From Octopus vulgaris (lineage: Eukaryota): a DNA stretch of 64,000 bases. Shown here piece by piece: positions 1-12,910 of the stretch. Location of the stretch: NCBI GenBank assembly GCA_951406725.2, contig OX597820.1, forward strand, positions 66,526,001 through 66,590,000, read 5' to 3'. The notes under the pieces were generated by a model. It had not been told where the DNA came from, searched no databases, and saw only the letters and a list, made by a program, of their open reading frames with translations. The stretch's first letter is position 1. Every line of letters starts with the position of its first letter. The translations under genes and the position numbers were made by a program.

Positions 1-37
1 TAAACATATACACACACATACATACATATATATATAT

Positions 38-200
38 CATCATCATCATCATCATCGTTTAGCGTCCGTTTTCCATGCTAGCATAAGTTGGACGGTTCAA
101 CTGTGGTCTGTGAATCCGGAAGGCTTCATCAGGCCTAGTCAGATCTGGCAGTGTTTCTACGGCTGGATGCCCTTCCTAACACCAGAATGCCCTTCCTAAT
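38..200 (-). mobile_element. SINE 3' fragment (Meta-like domain family) with (GAT)n tail
   Basis: Minus strand reads ttaggaagggcatccagccgtagaaac...gctagcatggaaaacggacgctaaacgatgatgatg; the same sequence recurs at ~9455, 12570, 16800, 53333, 55767, 61802. Confidence 0.7.
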
Positions 201-242
201 GCATATATATATGCATATATATATATATATATATACATATAT

Positions 243-407
243 ACAACGGGCTACTTTTCAATTTCCGTCAACCAAATCCACTCACAAGGCTTTGGTCAGC
301 CCGAGGCTATAGTAGAAGACACTTGCCCAAGGTGCCACGCAGTGGGAATGAACCCGGAACCATGTGGTTGCTAAGCAAGCTACTTACCACAGAGCCACTC
401 CTGCGCC
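243..407 (-). mobile_element. tRNA-derived SINE (family A, CORE-like) 5' half
   Basis: Minus strand ggcgcaggagtggctctgtggtaag (A box)...ccgggttcattccc (B box)...ggcaccttgggcaagtgtctt (CORE-like); more than 10 copies in the window. Confidence 0.8.
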
Positions 408-1395
408 TGTGTGTAACTCCAAAATCAATGTGTATCTCTTGCACTTCTGTGTAACCCAACAATTATTCTACTTGCGCATTGCTTAAAATCTTAAGACTAA
501 AACTGCTTTCTTTCAGAATCTGAGAGTATCTGGTGTTTTTATTGGGCTGCCTTCTTTGCCATTGTTGTAGTTATTTAGCTCCAGGCCAGCACTGATCTAA
601 TAGATTTTATGATCAGAACTGTTCCAGCTTTGATCGTTCTGTGTTTATATAACATAGACACCTACTTCGGATTTTTCTGCTGAAATATAATGGTTTTCTT
701 TCAATTAATTTTGAATCTAAGGAGGAGGAGGAGAAAGAGGAGTCTTCTGCAATTTCTTGTAGTTTAAGCAATCAATCAGATGCTTGGATCATTGATGTTG
801 TTGTTTAACCAACCTTAAGTCAGGTCCTGTTCAACTGGTCATTGCAGCGAAAGGTGATATTATATTTTGTTGAGACATAGTGTACCTAAGACTACGTTAT
901 TTAATGTGTTTTTTCAGCTGGAACATCTTCACTCATAAATCAGCTCAATCTGGGATGATCGATGGTTAAACAAACAAACAAACAAACAGCAGAACAACAA
1001 CTAGCTATCCAATGAATCTTTCATTGTCTTACAGTTGAGGTTGTCACTTAGTTTTTGAGGCCCCTTTCTTAAAGACAAAATATAAAGAAAAAAAAAAAGA
1101 AAAAAAGGGAAAATAGTTAGATTTCAGTAGGTATCGATAGATAGATAAATGTATAAAATAAAATGAATAATATATAGATAAATGGAAAGTGAGCCTTTTA
1201 TGGGGTTTTTTGGGGTTGTCTTTTTTTTTTTTTTTTTCTATTTGTATTTTGTAAATGTTTGTTTTCTACAACATGGAAATAAGATATAAACGACAGCTCC
1301 CTTTTATTTGTTTAGCAATATACAGTGAAGAACCAAGACCAGAAAAGAAAGGAATAAATAAGTTAATAAGAAAAAAGAAAGAATTACAAATAATA

Positions 1396-1432
<37 letters not shown>

Positions 1433-2784
1433 TAATAATAATAAATACATAAATAAATAAAGTATTTATGAAAACCCTTCTTGCTTCTCTGAAAGAATTG
1501 TGTGTTTTATTGCATTCAGTTCATCTCTTTAACAGTTTATCTTTGATGCAGAACTCTTTTCCAAGATCTTTTCTCCATGCTAGTGGTTCTGTTTATCGAA
1601 ATAGCATTCTGTAAAAACAACAGCTCCTGTGAATTATTAGCTAATGTTTGCAACAGTTCTACAACAAGCCTGCTTGCTGCTTTTGTAGTCAAAGAGAGAT
1701 TGAGAGAGAGATTGAGAAGTAGAAAGAGAGAGAGGGAGGGGGAGATTGCTAGAGTGAGAGAGAGAGAGAGAATGAGAGAGATTTTGCGATACAGATACAT
1801 GCTCCGTTTGCATTGCCATTAGCAGGAGCAGCTTGAAGAATTTACTCTTTTGGAACCAAGTATCTAACCAAACTGCTGATTGTCTGCACTCTTGTTTTTT
1901 GGCCTGGAGTTTCTTTTATTATTATATTTTTTATTTTTTTATTTTTTTGTGTATGTACGTGCATATTTATATATGTATATATGTATGTTTTTTTATTTTG
2001 AGAGATTTTTTTTTAGCCCCCTTTTTTTTTTTTGATTTTTTGCGTGTATGTTTTTTTTTTTTTTTTTTTTCCTTCTCTAATGGTAGAAATATCAAACTAT
2101 GAATCACCACAGTTAGTTCCTGCAAATGTTGATCTATTGTGAAAAGCCTAAGCAGTTTATATTGAAAGAACATGACGAGTCAATGGTTATGGTGTCAAAT
2201 TTACTCATCCAAAAGTATTGATGGCAACTGAAAAAAAAAATGGGATAAAAATGGAAAAACTGAATTAAACTATGGCCAGATGAAGAAAACGAGGTTTTTG
2301 TCCTAAAGGCTTTTAGTGATGTAAGCAAAGTGCAATACTTACAAGCAGGAACTGAAACTTGTGTTGTGGACATGGTTTGCTTCTATGCTCTATAGCGTTT
2401 TGCTTGCTTTCTTACCATTTTTTAGAATTTATTTATTTCGGCGTTCTTTGCCTTTCTATACACCAGTCCATCAATGCGCACCATATTTCTGGGTTTTTCT
2501 TCAGACAGTTACAGCATACTAGATGAGGAAAAGGTTGTGAGCAACTAATGCTTTGCTCTTCCATATTTTGGATGAATGCACTTGTAAGGAGTACCCTCCT
2601 CCACTGCGAGCCTCCCTTAGCACACCATAGTAGATTCCAAGATATTGAGGGTGGGGGGGAGGCAAAAGAGAGAGGGAGAAAAATTAAGAAGAACGAAATT
2701 TCTCAGTAATTGACTGATCTTTTACTTACCAACTCTGACATTGGAACTTGGCACAGTCCTCGGTCTTGCCAGCTCCTGGTACAC

Positions 2785-3135
2785 TCTTTCACTCTTTTAC
2801 TTGTTTCGGTCATTTGACTGCAGCCATGTTGGAGCACCACCTTTAGTCGAGGAAATCGACCCCAGGACTTATTCTATCCGTCTCTTTTGCCAAACCGCTA
2901 AGTTATGGGAACGTAAACGCACCAGCATCGGTTGTTAAGCAATGTTGGGAGGGGACAAATACAGACACACAAACATATACACACACATACATATATATAT
3001 ATATATACATACAATGGGCTTCTGTCAGTTTCCGTCTACCAAATCCACTCAAGGCTTTGATTGGCCCGAGGCTGTAGTAGAAGACACTTGCCCAAGGTGC
3101 TATGCAGTGGGACTGAACCCAGAACCATATGGTAA
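2785..3135 (-). mobile_element. SINE family A, 5'-truncated
   Basis: Matches the family A body, the internal (TA/CA)n and the tail (ggtgctccaacatggctgcagtcaaatgaccgaaacaagtaaaagag). Confidence 0.8.
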
Positions 3136-3380
3136 GCATTTGGTAGACAGAAACTGAAAGAAGCCCATTTTATATATGTATGTATGTATGTAAATATACA
3201 TGTGTGTGTGCGTGTATGTTTGTGTGTCTGTTTCTGTCCCTCACCATCGCTTGACAACCGATGCTGGTGTGTTTACATCCATGTAACTTAGAATAAGTCC
3301 TGAGGTCAGTTTGTTCAACTGAAGGCAGTGCTCGAGCATGGCCACAGTCAAATGACTGAAACAAGTAAAAAAATAAAAGG
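3136..3380 (+). mobile_element. SINE family A 3' part, inverted relative to the adjacent copy
   Basis: atttggtagacagaaactgaaagaagccc...cgcttgacaaccgatgctggtgtgtttac...cagtcaaatgactgaaacaagtaaaa. Confidence 0.8.
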
Positions 3381-4229
3381 GTATGCATACAGTCCCATCC
3401 TTCTCAGACAAATCTGTCTTAACAATTTCCATCTGACCCCATGCAAGCATGCAAAAATAGCATTAAAACGATGATGATGTTGAAGATAAAGTTTTGCTCA
3501 TGGGAAAGAATATTCATTACTAAGGAAGTTTAATAATACCGAAACAGGTTTGTTACTTTTAGCAATTGACTTTAAAACCACATCCACTCCCCCAAATTCC
3601 ACCCAGCTGATCTTAAAGTAGTTATATCTCTCTTACTAGTTGTTAAATTTTTTTCAACAACTCCACTGCTAAAGGGAGTTTTTGTCTACTAATTGCATAG
3701 ATAATCTTGCTAAAAGTTTTACACCCTAATATAATTATATAATGGTGAGAGCTTACTGTATTTAGATTCTACTGTTGATTGAATGGCTCCAAACTTTCAG
3801 ACTTTATCTCTCTATCTATCTATCTATCTACCCTGGGGTATGTTGACTCCTGTAGTTGTGACATTTATGAATGTAAGATATTTTCGCTATTATCAGAGGT
3901 GGAATTTCACAAAAGTAAAGCAAAAAAAAAAAAACCCATCTCAATACTCTTTTAGATTTTGTACATTTCAATGTTTCTCCGATTTCTTCCTATCTTTTTT
4001 TTTTTATTACTTTTCTTCAAATTTTTCCAGTTTTATTTTATTTATATATATATATATTTATTTATTTAGTTATTATTGTATGTGTCTGTTTCTGTCGCTT
4101 TTCATTTCGGTTTAAAAAAAAAAAAAAAAAAGCAGACAAAATATGCTTACTCCCCAAAAACACATTAGTGGTTGACAAAGTTTTTAAAAGTTAAATTAAA
4201 AGGGACAAAAGCAAAACAAATAGACCAAC

Positions 4230-4246
4230 TTATAATAATAATAATA

Positions 4247-4294
<48 letters not shown>

Positions 4295-4665
4295 GGTGAA
4301 ATAAAAAGAAATCGGAAATAAATGGAAACAGATTTTTTTTTTTTGTGAAATGTGTAAATTTAAAAGACAGGGAATAAAGGAAAGGAAAACTTGGTATGGT
4401 GATGGTGGTGGTGGTGGTAGTGGTAGTAGTGGTGATTCGGTGGTAGTAATGTTGGTGAGGATGATGATGGCGGTGGTGGTGGTGGTGGTGGTCCATGAGG
4501 ATGGTAACTGCGATGACCATGAAGTTGCCGATGGTGATGGTGATGGTGATGACAATGATGATGAATAATATAATGTTGGTAGTGATGGTCATGGTAATGG
4601 AAGCTATGATGGTCATGATGGCATTAATACTCTGCAGCTACTGGTGATGATGATGATGATGATTG
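4230..4665. repeat. (AAT)n followed by (GGT/GAT)n low-complexity tracts
   Basis: Direct reading; source of the poly-Y/L/H/T pseudo-ORFs. Confidence 0.9.
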
Positions 4666-4942
4666 CGGTAGCTGAAGAAAGCAAAGGATGTTTATTTAAA
4701 TTAACTACACCATTCCTGTCTCCAATTTATTTATATATTTCTTTATTTCCTACACTGAAGACACTTATGGTTTCAATCTATTTTAATAATATTCTTATGT
4801 TCTTTCGCTTTTTCTTTCCCTCAAAATGCCTCAAGGTTCCTTTTTTTTTTTTTAACGTTTTTCGGCTGTGGGATTCTGTTCTTCAATCACACCATTCTTC
4901 CCATGTTCTTCATGATGCTAGCTGGTGTGTATGTATGTGTGC

Positions 4943-4987
<45 letters not shown>

Positions 4988-5016
4988 TATATATATATAA
5001 ATACATATATGTATAT

Positions 5017-5064
<48 letters not shown>

Positions 5065-5389
5065 GTGTCTGTGTATGTATTTATGTATTTGTATATAAGT
5101 ATATATATATGTGCACATATACAAATGCATATATGTATATGTTTGTACATACATATCTGTGTGTGTGTGTATGTATATATGTATATATATTTGTGTTTAT
5201 ATATATTTATATATAACTTTACTTTTATATTTTTAATTTTTTGTTCCTTCACAAAACTAATAGGCTATTCTTAAGATGAATAACAGCTTGTGTGTATATG
5301 TATATCTATGTGCATATTTGTGTGTGTTTGTGTGTGTGTGTGTGTATGGAGAAGATTGCTTGTTTACGTATTTATATGTGTATGCATAT

Positions 5390-5778
5390 GTAAGCATGGC
5401 CAAATAGTATAAGTATTTCCTTTGCAGTCATGAGGTTTCTAAGTTCAAATCGCACCATAAGACACCTTAGGTCAATTTCTTGAACCACAGCCTCAAGCTG
5501 GCCCATATCATAGCCTTGAACTGACCTGCACCATAGGCTCAGATACTCACAAGTCTTGTGAAATTGGTAAAATGGTCACTGTGCTGAAGCTCATTCAATG
5601 GAATGGAATTGTAATGCAAAGGATCTGTCTCGTCGTACAGTGCGTCATGCTGGTTCTGTTTGAGGGTCATCAAGAGCATAAATGTGTTCTGTGGTATACT
5701 CAACCACTTGTATGCTAATTTAATGAGCTGGTTGATCAAATGACCGATTTACTCATCGTTAGGACCAACAGGGCATAC
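5390..5778 (+). mobile_element. Degenerate tRNA-derived SINE
   Basis: gcatggccaaatagtataag (A-like)...aagttcaaatc (B-like)...gacaccttaggtcaa (CORE-like), followed by a complex tail. Confidence 0.45.
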
Positions 5779-5990
5779 ACTTACTTTTATCTTTATTTGT
5801 GTGTATATATGTGCTTGTGTGTGTGTGTGTGTGTGAATGTTTGTACATGTGTGTGTGTGTGTGCATTTATCTGAATATGTGTGTATGTGTGTGATCATAG
5901 GTATGTGTACATTTGTGTGTGTGTTTGATTGCATGTGTATGTACATGTCTGCATCTGTGATCGCGTGTGCACATGTATACATGCACACGC

Positions 5991-6029
<39 letters not shown>

Positions 6030-6954
6030 TACATACATACATACACACATGAGTGTATATATGTGTTTGTGTATGTATTTGTATGTGAAGATTGATTTTT
6101 TTTTTTTCTTTTTTTAAATTGAAACCTTAGTTACTTAAATTTTAAGTCTGTCAAATAAAGAAACTATTATTTTAACACAAATCATCATCATCATCATCAT
6201 CATCATTATTATTATTTTTATTATCTTCAACATCATCAGCATCATTACTGTTTTATTTTTGGTTAATTTTTTGGGGTTTTTTTCGTTTTTTTTTTTTTGG
6301 TTTTTTTTGTTTTCTTTTGCTGTATTTCCTATTAATGTGAACTCAATAGGTGTTCGAGTATTTTAAACTTTTCTTATGTATAAATACATTTTCTAACTTT
6401 GAAATTCTGTGCCGCGATATTTGTTATTTTTATTTTCGTTTTGATTTTAAGAGCCTCTTGGCTAATAATCTCATGATGACAATTCCAAGACCTCTCTGCT
6501 TCTTCTTAATTCCTTTACCAAATTTATTCTGCTTCTTCTCTCTCTTCATTTTGGCAATTAGTAACCTTTTTTTTTTTCTTTTTTTTTGTTTGTTACTGTT
6601 CATATGTGTGTGGAGAGATGGGGTTTGGTGCATTATGTACTTCTTATTAAAGTTATTAATTAAATATTTTGAATTCTTTTTTTAATAAAATAATTGAAAC
6701 TTGGTCTCGCTACTGCTACTATTATTACTATTACTATTATTATTATTATTATTATTATTAATCAAATGGTTAATAAGATTCTTTTTGGAATGATATATTG
6801 ATTTCTCTTGCCTCTGTCTGAACAATCAATGATTACTTGATGTATGTTGGATTAACTGGCTACCTAATGGATCTAACTTCAGCTCCACACAAAGCTTATG
6901 GATATGTATGTATGTATGTATGTATGAATGTATGTATGTGCTTATGCATGTGTG

Positions 6955-6961
6955 TATCTAC

Positions 6962-7001
<40 letters not shown>

Positions 7002-7004
7002 TTG

Positions 7005-7043
<39 letters not shown>

Positions 7044-7070
7044 GTCTATCTATCTATCTATCTATCTATC

Positions 7071-7112
<42 letters not shown>

Positions 7113-7117
7113 GTCTG

Positions 7118-7162
<45 letters not shown>

Positions 7163-7180
7163 TTGTCTATCTATCAATCA
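6955..7180. repeat. (TCTA)n microsatellite
   Basis: Direct reading. Confidence 0.95.
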
Positions 7181-7644
7181 ACTTATACAGGCTTTGGCCA
7201 GAAGAGGCCAGGATCATATTTGACATTTTACACCACCTGTTAAACTTTTGTAAGTCATATTCTAGGACAGTATTACCATTTTGGGTATTACCCTTTGCTG
7301 GGTGTTTGGTTACTCATGTTTGTCTAATACCTCATAATAAAGGAATTCATCCAGGTGTTGTTTGAAGGTTTTGTGAGACTTTTTCTTCCTTGATTTATTT
7401 CAAGAATGATGTTGGAAAATTCTTTTCTCTTTCTCTCCGTTTTCTCTTACCATCATGAAGAAGAATGAAAATTACTGTTCTTTTCATAGGTATAAGGCCA
7501 GAAACTTGCTTAAGTTCTCTCATCTTGTTGACAGCAAAAAGATGAAACATAAAGTCTACGTCTGTGAGATTTGAACTCGGGGTGTATAAAGCTAAATGAA
7601 TGTCACAAAGCATTTTGTCCAGTACTTTAACAGTTCCGCCAATA

Positions 7645-8022
7645 TTACTCCTTTACTTGTTTCAGTCATTTGAGTGTGGCCGTGCTGGAGCACCACCTTT
7701 AGTCGAGCAAATCAACCCTAGGACTTATACTTTGTAAGCCTAGTACTTATTCTATCGTTCCCTTTTGCCAAACCTCTAAGTTACAGGGACGTAAACACAC
7801 CAGCATTGGTTGTCAAGCAATGCTGCGGGGACAAACACAGACGCACAAACATACACACACACACATACACATATGCATATATACGACGGGCTTCTTTCAG
7901 TTTCCATCTACCAAATCCACTCACAAGGCTTTGGTCGGCTCGAGGCTAAGACACTTGCCCAAGGTGCCACACAGTGGGAATGAACCTGGAACTACTTACC
8001 ACACAGCCACCCCTATGCCTAT
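7645..8022 (-). mobile_element. SINE family A, near full length with internal deletions
   Basis: Tail at 7645-7720; head ataggcatagggggtggctgtgtggtaagtag on the minus strand at ~7990-8022. Confidence 0.8.
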
Positions 8023-8888
8023 ATAATAATAATAAATTATAATTTTAAGCAAGGTTTAAAAGCAACAACAAAAATACAATGAAAATCCCTTCACACCAAA
8101 TTCTGCATATAATTTTCTTCAAAATCATTTTACTGTCAGTTGTCTGTCTGTCTGTCCCTTCAACTCTCTCTCTCTCTCTCTGTCCATCCATTCCACTTTA
8201 TCTCTACTTCTTCCTCTCCATTTCTCTCTCTCTCTCCTTTTATCACTGTCTCTGTCCCTTCCTTTCTCTTGCTATGTCTCTGCCTCTCTCTCTCTCTCCT
8301 GTTATCTCTGTCTGTGTGTTTGTCTCTCTCTCTTTCTCTCTGTCTCTCTCTCTCTCTCCCTCTCTCCCTACTTGTTTTTCCTTCTTTGTTTCTCTCACTT
8401 TCTGTTTCTCTCTCCCCTCTTCCCCACCTCTCTTTCCCCCTCTCTCACCTGACTCACAAAGGAGAAAGAGCTACAACTTCTACTACCATGACCACCACTT
8501 CTGCATGTAATTATTTCTGCTCCTAGCTAAAATTACACAGTCCCATGAACTCTAAGGTATATATTTATCAGCTTCTTGCTCTTGCTGCTGTTGTCATCCG
8601 CATTGTTGTCTGTTACACAGGACAAAATATATAAATTAAATTGGGGGGTAGTGGCAGCGGCGGTGGTGGTGGTGGTGGTGGTTCGGGTTGGGTGGCTTAA
8701 CACAACTATATGATGGTACTAAGCTGGCATGCGGATTTAGATTAGAAAAGGGGAGGGTCTCGACATTTAACTATTTCATAACAAGTCATTTCTTTTGTTT
8801 GTTTGTCATGTTTTGGCAGACAAATTGGACAGAGGTGTGAAGAACTTCAGTGTTTGGTGGTGGCGGTGGTAGCAGCAGTAGCAGCAGC

Positions 8889-8919
<31 letters not shown>

Positions 8920-9418
8920 ATGGTGGTGGTGGTGGTAGTAGTAGTAGTGGTAATGGTGGTGGTGGTGGTAGTGGTAATAAGTGGTGATGGTGGTGGTGGT
9001 GGTGTAGTAGTGGTGATGGTGGTAGTGGTGGTAGTTGCAGGTGTATTTAGCCAAGCATACTTCTTGTCAAAGACATTCCACCTGTGACCATCAAGTAATT
9101 TTTCTCTAAATCACACAACTATTGTCTATGCCCTCTTTTTCTTTTTTCACAGATAAGGGAGGTTTGAATACTATTCTGGGCACATGAAGCATCTACAGCA
9201 GGAGTTCCCTTGTAGTACTGGTAGTAGCAGTAGTAGTCATGGGAGTAGTTTAGCCCAGCAGACTTCTGATCAGCTGTTTAGCCATATGTGAAACCCCCCT
9301 CCCTCAGTAGAACAAGTTAGTTTATATTATCAAAGATCTCCAACCTTGTGACCAGCCTGTTTATTTTAGGGTTATATCTAGATTCCGGTTACCCATGTGT
9401 CAGTTCTTTATTTAACTC

Positions 9419-9900
9419 TTAACCCCTTTAACATTCAGATTACTCTATCAGATATCACCATCGTTTAACGTCCGTTTTCCATGCTAGCATTGGTTGGACA
9501 GTTCGACCGAGGTCTGGGAAAACCAGGAGGCTGCACCAGGCTCCAGTCTGATCTGACAGTGTTTCTACAGCTGGATTCCCTTCCTAACACCAACCACTCC
9601 GTGAGTGCTTTTTACATGCCACCAGCACGGGGGCCAGACATGGCTGGCAATGGCCACGATCGGCTGGTGCTTTTTACGGGTCACCGGCACAGACACCAGT
9701 CAAGGCAGTGCTGGCATCGGCCACATTCGGATGATGCTGTTTTAGATTAATCAGGCATTATCTCATACCTTTGAGATTTCGATGGTATGGTCGTTTATTT
9801 TTGGATGACATTGTAAGGTAGGTGTGAGAAGCCAGAGCTGACCAGTATGAGCATAAAACAAATAGGATATTTGGGTCAGATATGGCTGGTTTAAATACTT
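9419..9900 (+). mobile_element. piggyBac-like MITE interrupted by a SINE
   Basis: Begins TTAA-CCCC-TTTAACATT (TTAA target plus CCC terminus); 9738-9897 is the reverse complement of 61640-61800. Confidence 0.55.
9455..9737 (-). mobile_element. Meta-like SINE nested in the MITE
   Basis: catcgtttaacgtccgttttccatgctagc...ctggattcccttcctaacaccaaccac...gtgctttttacatgccacc; homologous to 12570-12910. Confidence 0.75.
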
Positions 9901-10811
9901 GACAGCTAAAGTCTTTCAATGTTAAATACTTGACAGCTAAAGTCCTCCCAATTCTAGAAACTAAGAGATTTTGATGAAACACATTTTGTCCATTATAAAA
10001 ATGATAAAAATATAACTGATATAACACAATGATCATTGATGTACATTGTGAATGTGGTTTTTATCACTTGTTAATTTTTACTTATTGCCATGTCACTTTC
10101 ACTTTCCCAAGGCTGTTGAATACAGTTAAGTTGGTTATATGTATCTTTAAATATATTTACGAGCTATTGGTTTCTGAACATCAGTTTCCTAACTAACCGT
10201 TAATGTATAAATAATTATAAATAAATCATTTTAAGTCACTGCTTGAGGAATTATCAGCCTTTGTGCTTGAAAAATCAAAGGAAAGGAAACTCTTGTGAAA
10301 TTTCCTTGATAAATCAAAGAAAAAAAATATCCTGCAAGAATACACCTGGAAATTGAGAAATATTACCTTGGTTGAAAATAGGTGAGGATTGGTAACAGGA
10401 AAGGCATCCAAATGTAGAATATTTGCCTCAAATGAACTTCATTCAAGCATGGAAAAATGGATATTAAATGACGATTGTGTTGTTATTATTATTATTATTA
10501 TTATTTAACATTATTATTGTTGTTATTGTTAATTGCTTGAAAACTACATCAACAGTTTCTACTTTCATTCTGATCATTCTTGTTGTTGTTGTTGTTATCA
10601 TCACACAATTTGAAAACTTGGTGCATTAAAATAATATAGCATCAAAATTACTGGTGTTTATTACATGGCGTTTTTGAAATTATTGCATTAAGTTTCCATC
10701 GGAATCTGATGTGTGCGTGTGTCAGTTAAATGGCTTCCCATTTTCAACGAAGCCATTCAGATACACAAACACACACACACACATACATATATATGTATAT
10801 ATACACACACA

Positions 10812-10862
<51 letters not shown>

Positions 10863-11837
10863 GCATATAGTCATACATTCGTTGTGTGTGTGTGCATTTT
10901 TTGGGCGGTTCAATTTAGACAACTTTATGAATTTATATAATTTCATTTTATCTTATTTTTCAAGAGTGCGGTTGTTTAACCAAATCAAAAATAAGAAATA
11001 ACTGTAGCATATGGCGGGTTTATTGATTGTAACCATTAGTGGCATTTGTTTTGTTTTGTATTTTTGCAGATACCGGCATATAATATAATGGTTGTGTTTT
11101 AAAAAGTTTGAAAAAAATTTTACGGAAATAGTTCTAAAACAAGAGAACGGGTTTAATTTTATAATTTAAATTATCATTATTTTTGTCACTGTTGTTGTTG
11201 TTGTTGTTGTTGTTGGCATTAATATTATTGGTTGTTGGTTTGATTTTATTCTGCTTGGTCAAATCAGTATGCTGTCTTGCTGCAATACTGATCGAAAAGG
11301 TTGAGGGTTCAAATCCTGCTGTCACAAGAGTGACATTTTACTTTTATGACAGCTTCTGATGTTTCACCATTCCACCACCATCACCACCACCACCACCATC
11401 GTCGTCGTCGTCACCACCACCGCCATCATCATCATCATCACCAACATCATCATCATCACCAGTCTACTTTTCCATGCTTGCATGGGTTAGACGAAATTTT
11501 GCCAAGGCATATATTTTTACAGCTGGATACCTTTCCTGTTGCCAACTTTTGCCTGTTTCCAGGCAAGGCAATATTTCACCATGGCCAGATGTGTTCTATC
11601 ACAGAAGATTAGAAACTAACAAAATCGCTAGTATGATACTGATACTTGTTTACAACCATGATATCAAGACAAAGACATACACACACACACTTATATGATA
11701 GGCTTCTTTGTCAGCCCAATTTATAGAAAAAGATGCCAAAGTTGCTGAACAGGGGAACTGAACTTGATGCCACATGGTTCGAAAGCATATTTCTTAATGA
11801 CACAGCTACACCTGCACCTACACACACATATATATAT

Positions 11838-12238
11838 AGGTGCAGAAGTGGCTGTGTGGTAAGTAGCTTGCTTACCAGCCACATTGTTCTTGGTTCAGTC
11901 CCACTGCATGGCACCTTGGGCAGGTGTTTTCTACTATAGCCTCAGGCCAACCAAAACCTTGTGAGTGGAATTTGTAGACAGAAACTGAAAGAAGCCCGTC
12001 GTGTGTGTGTATACATATATATGTATGTATGTGTCTATGTGTTTGTCCCCGCCACCCACCATTGCTTGACAACCAATGTTGGTGTGTATACATCCCCATA
12101 ACCTAGCTGTTTGATAGAATAAGTACTAGGCTTACAGAGAATAAGTTCTGAGATCGATTTGTTCAACTAAAAGGCAGTGCTCCAGCATGGCCACAGTCAA
12201 ATGACTGAAACAGATAAAAGAGTAAAAGAGAGTAAAGA

Positions 12239-12240
<2 letters not shown>
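11838..12240 (+). mobile_element. SINE family A, full length
   Basis: aggtgcagaagtggctgtgtggtaagtagc, B box ggttcagtccc, CORE-like caccttgggcaggtg, internal (TG/TA)n, tail gactgaaacagataaaagagtaaaagag. Confidence 0.85.
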
Positions 12241-12275
<35 letters not shown>

Positions 12276-12569
12276 GCATAGTGATATTAATAACCTGCTG
12301 TCAGAACTCAATATACTGGTACTTCAGAATAAAGTGTTAGTCAAGTACAGAGTGTAATATGAAATTAAATAAATGATAAAGGAACAGGAAGTTATGTAAT
12401 GAACTTCATTATCTTACAGCTGTTTCTGCTGTAAGTAATAGTGCACTCGGAACTTGTGCATCACCTTATACCTTTGTCAGTGTATCAAATATATACACGT
12501 ATATATGCTTGCGAAGACATGTTGGGGCAAGTGAAATCAAAATCAAAATCGAATTGAACCAGCCAGGAC

Positions 12570-12910
12570 CCCTGGACTGGTGGTACGTAAAAAGCACTAT
12601 CCGACTCGTGGCCGATGCCAGCGCCGCCTTGACTGGCTTCCGTGCCGGTGGCACGTAAAATGCACCAATCCGACCGTGGCCGTGGCCGTTGCCAGCCTCG
12701 CCTGGCACCTGTGCAGGTGGCACGTAAAAAGCACCCACTACACTCACGGAGTGGTTGACGTTAGGAAGGGCATCCAGCTGTAGAAACATTGCCAGATAAG
12801 ACTGGAGCTTGGGGCAGCCTTCTGGCTTCCCAGATCCCCGGTCGAACCGTCCAACCCATGCTAGCATGGAGAACGGACGTTAAACGACGATGATGATGAT
12901 GATGATGATG
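12570..12910 (+). mobile_element. Meta-like SINE with internal ~68-bp modules and (GAT)n tail
   Basis: Three gg(c/t)acgtaaaa(a/t)gcac modules, then gttaggaagggcatccagctgtagaaac, ending ggacgttaaacgacgatgatgatg. Confidence 0.8.
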
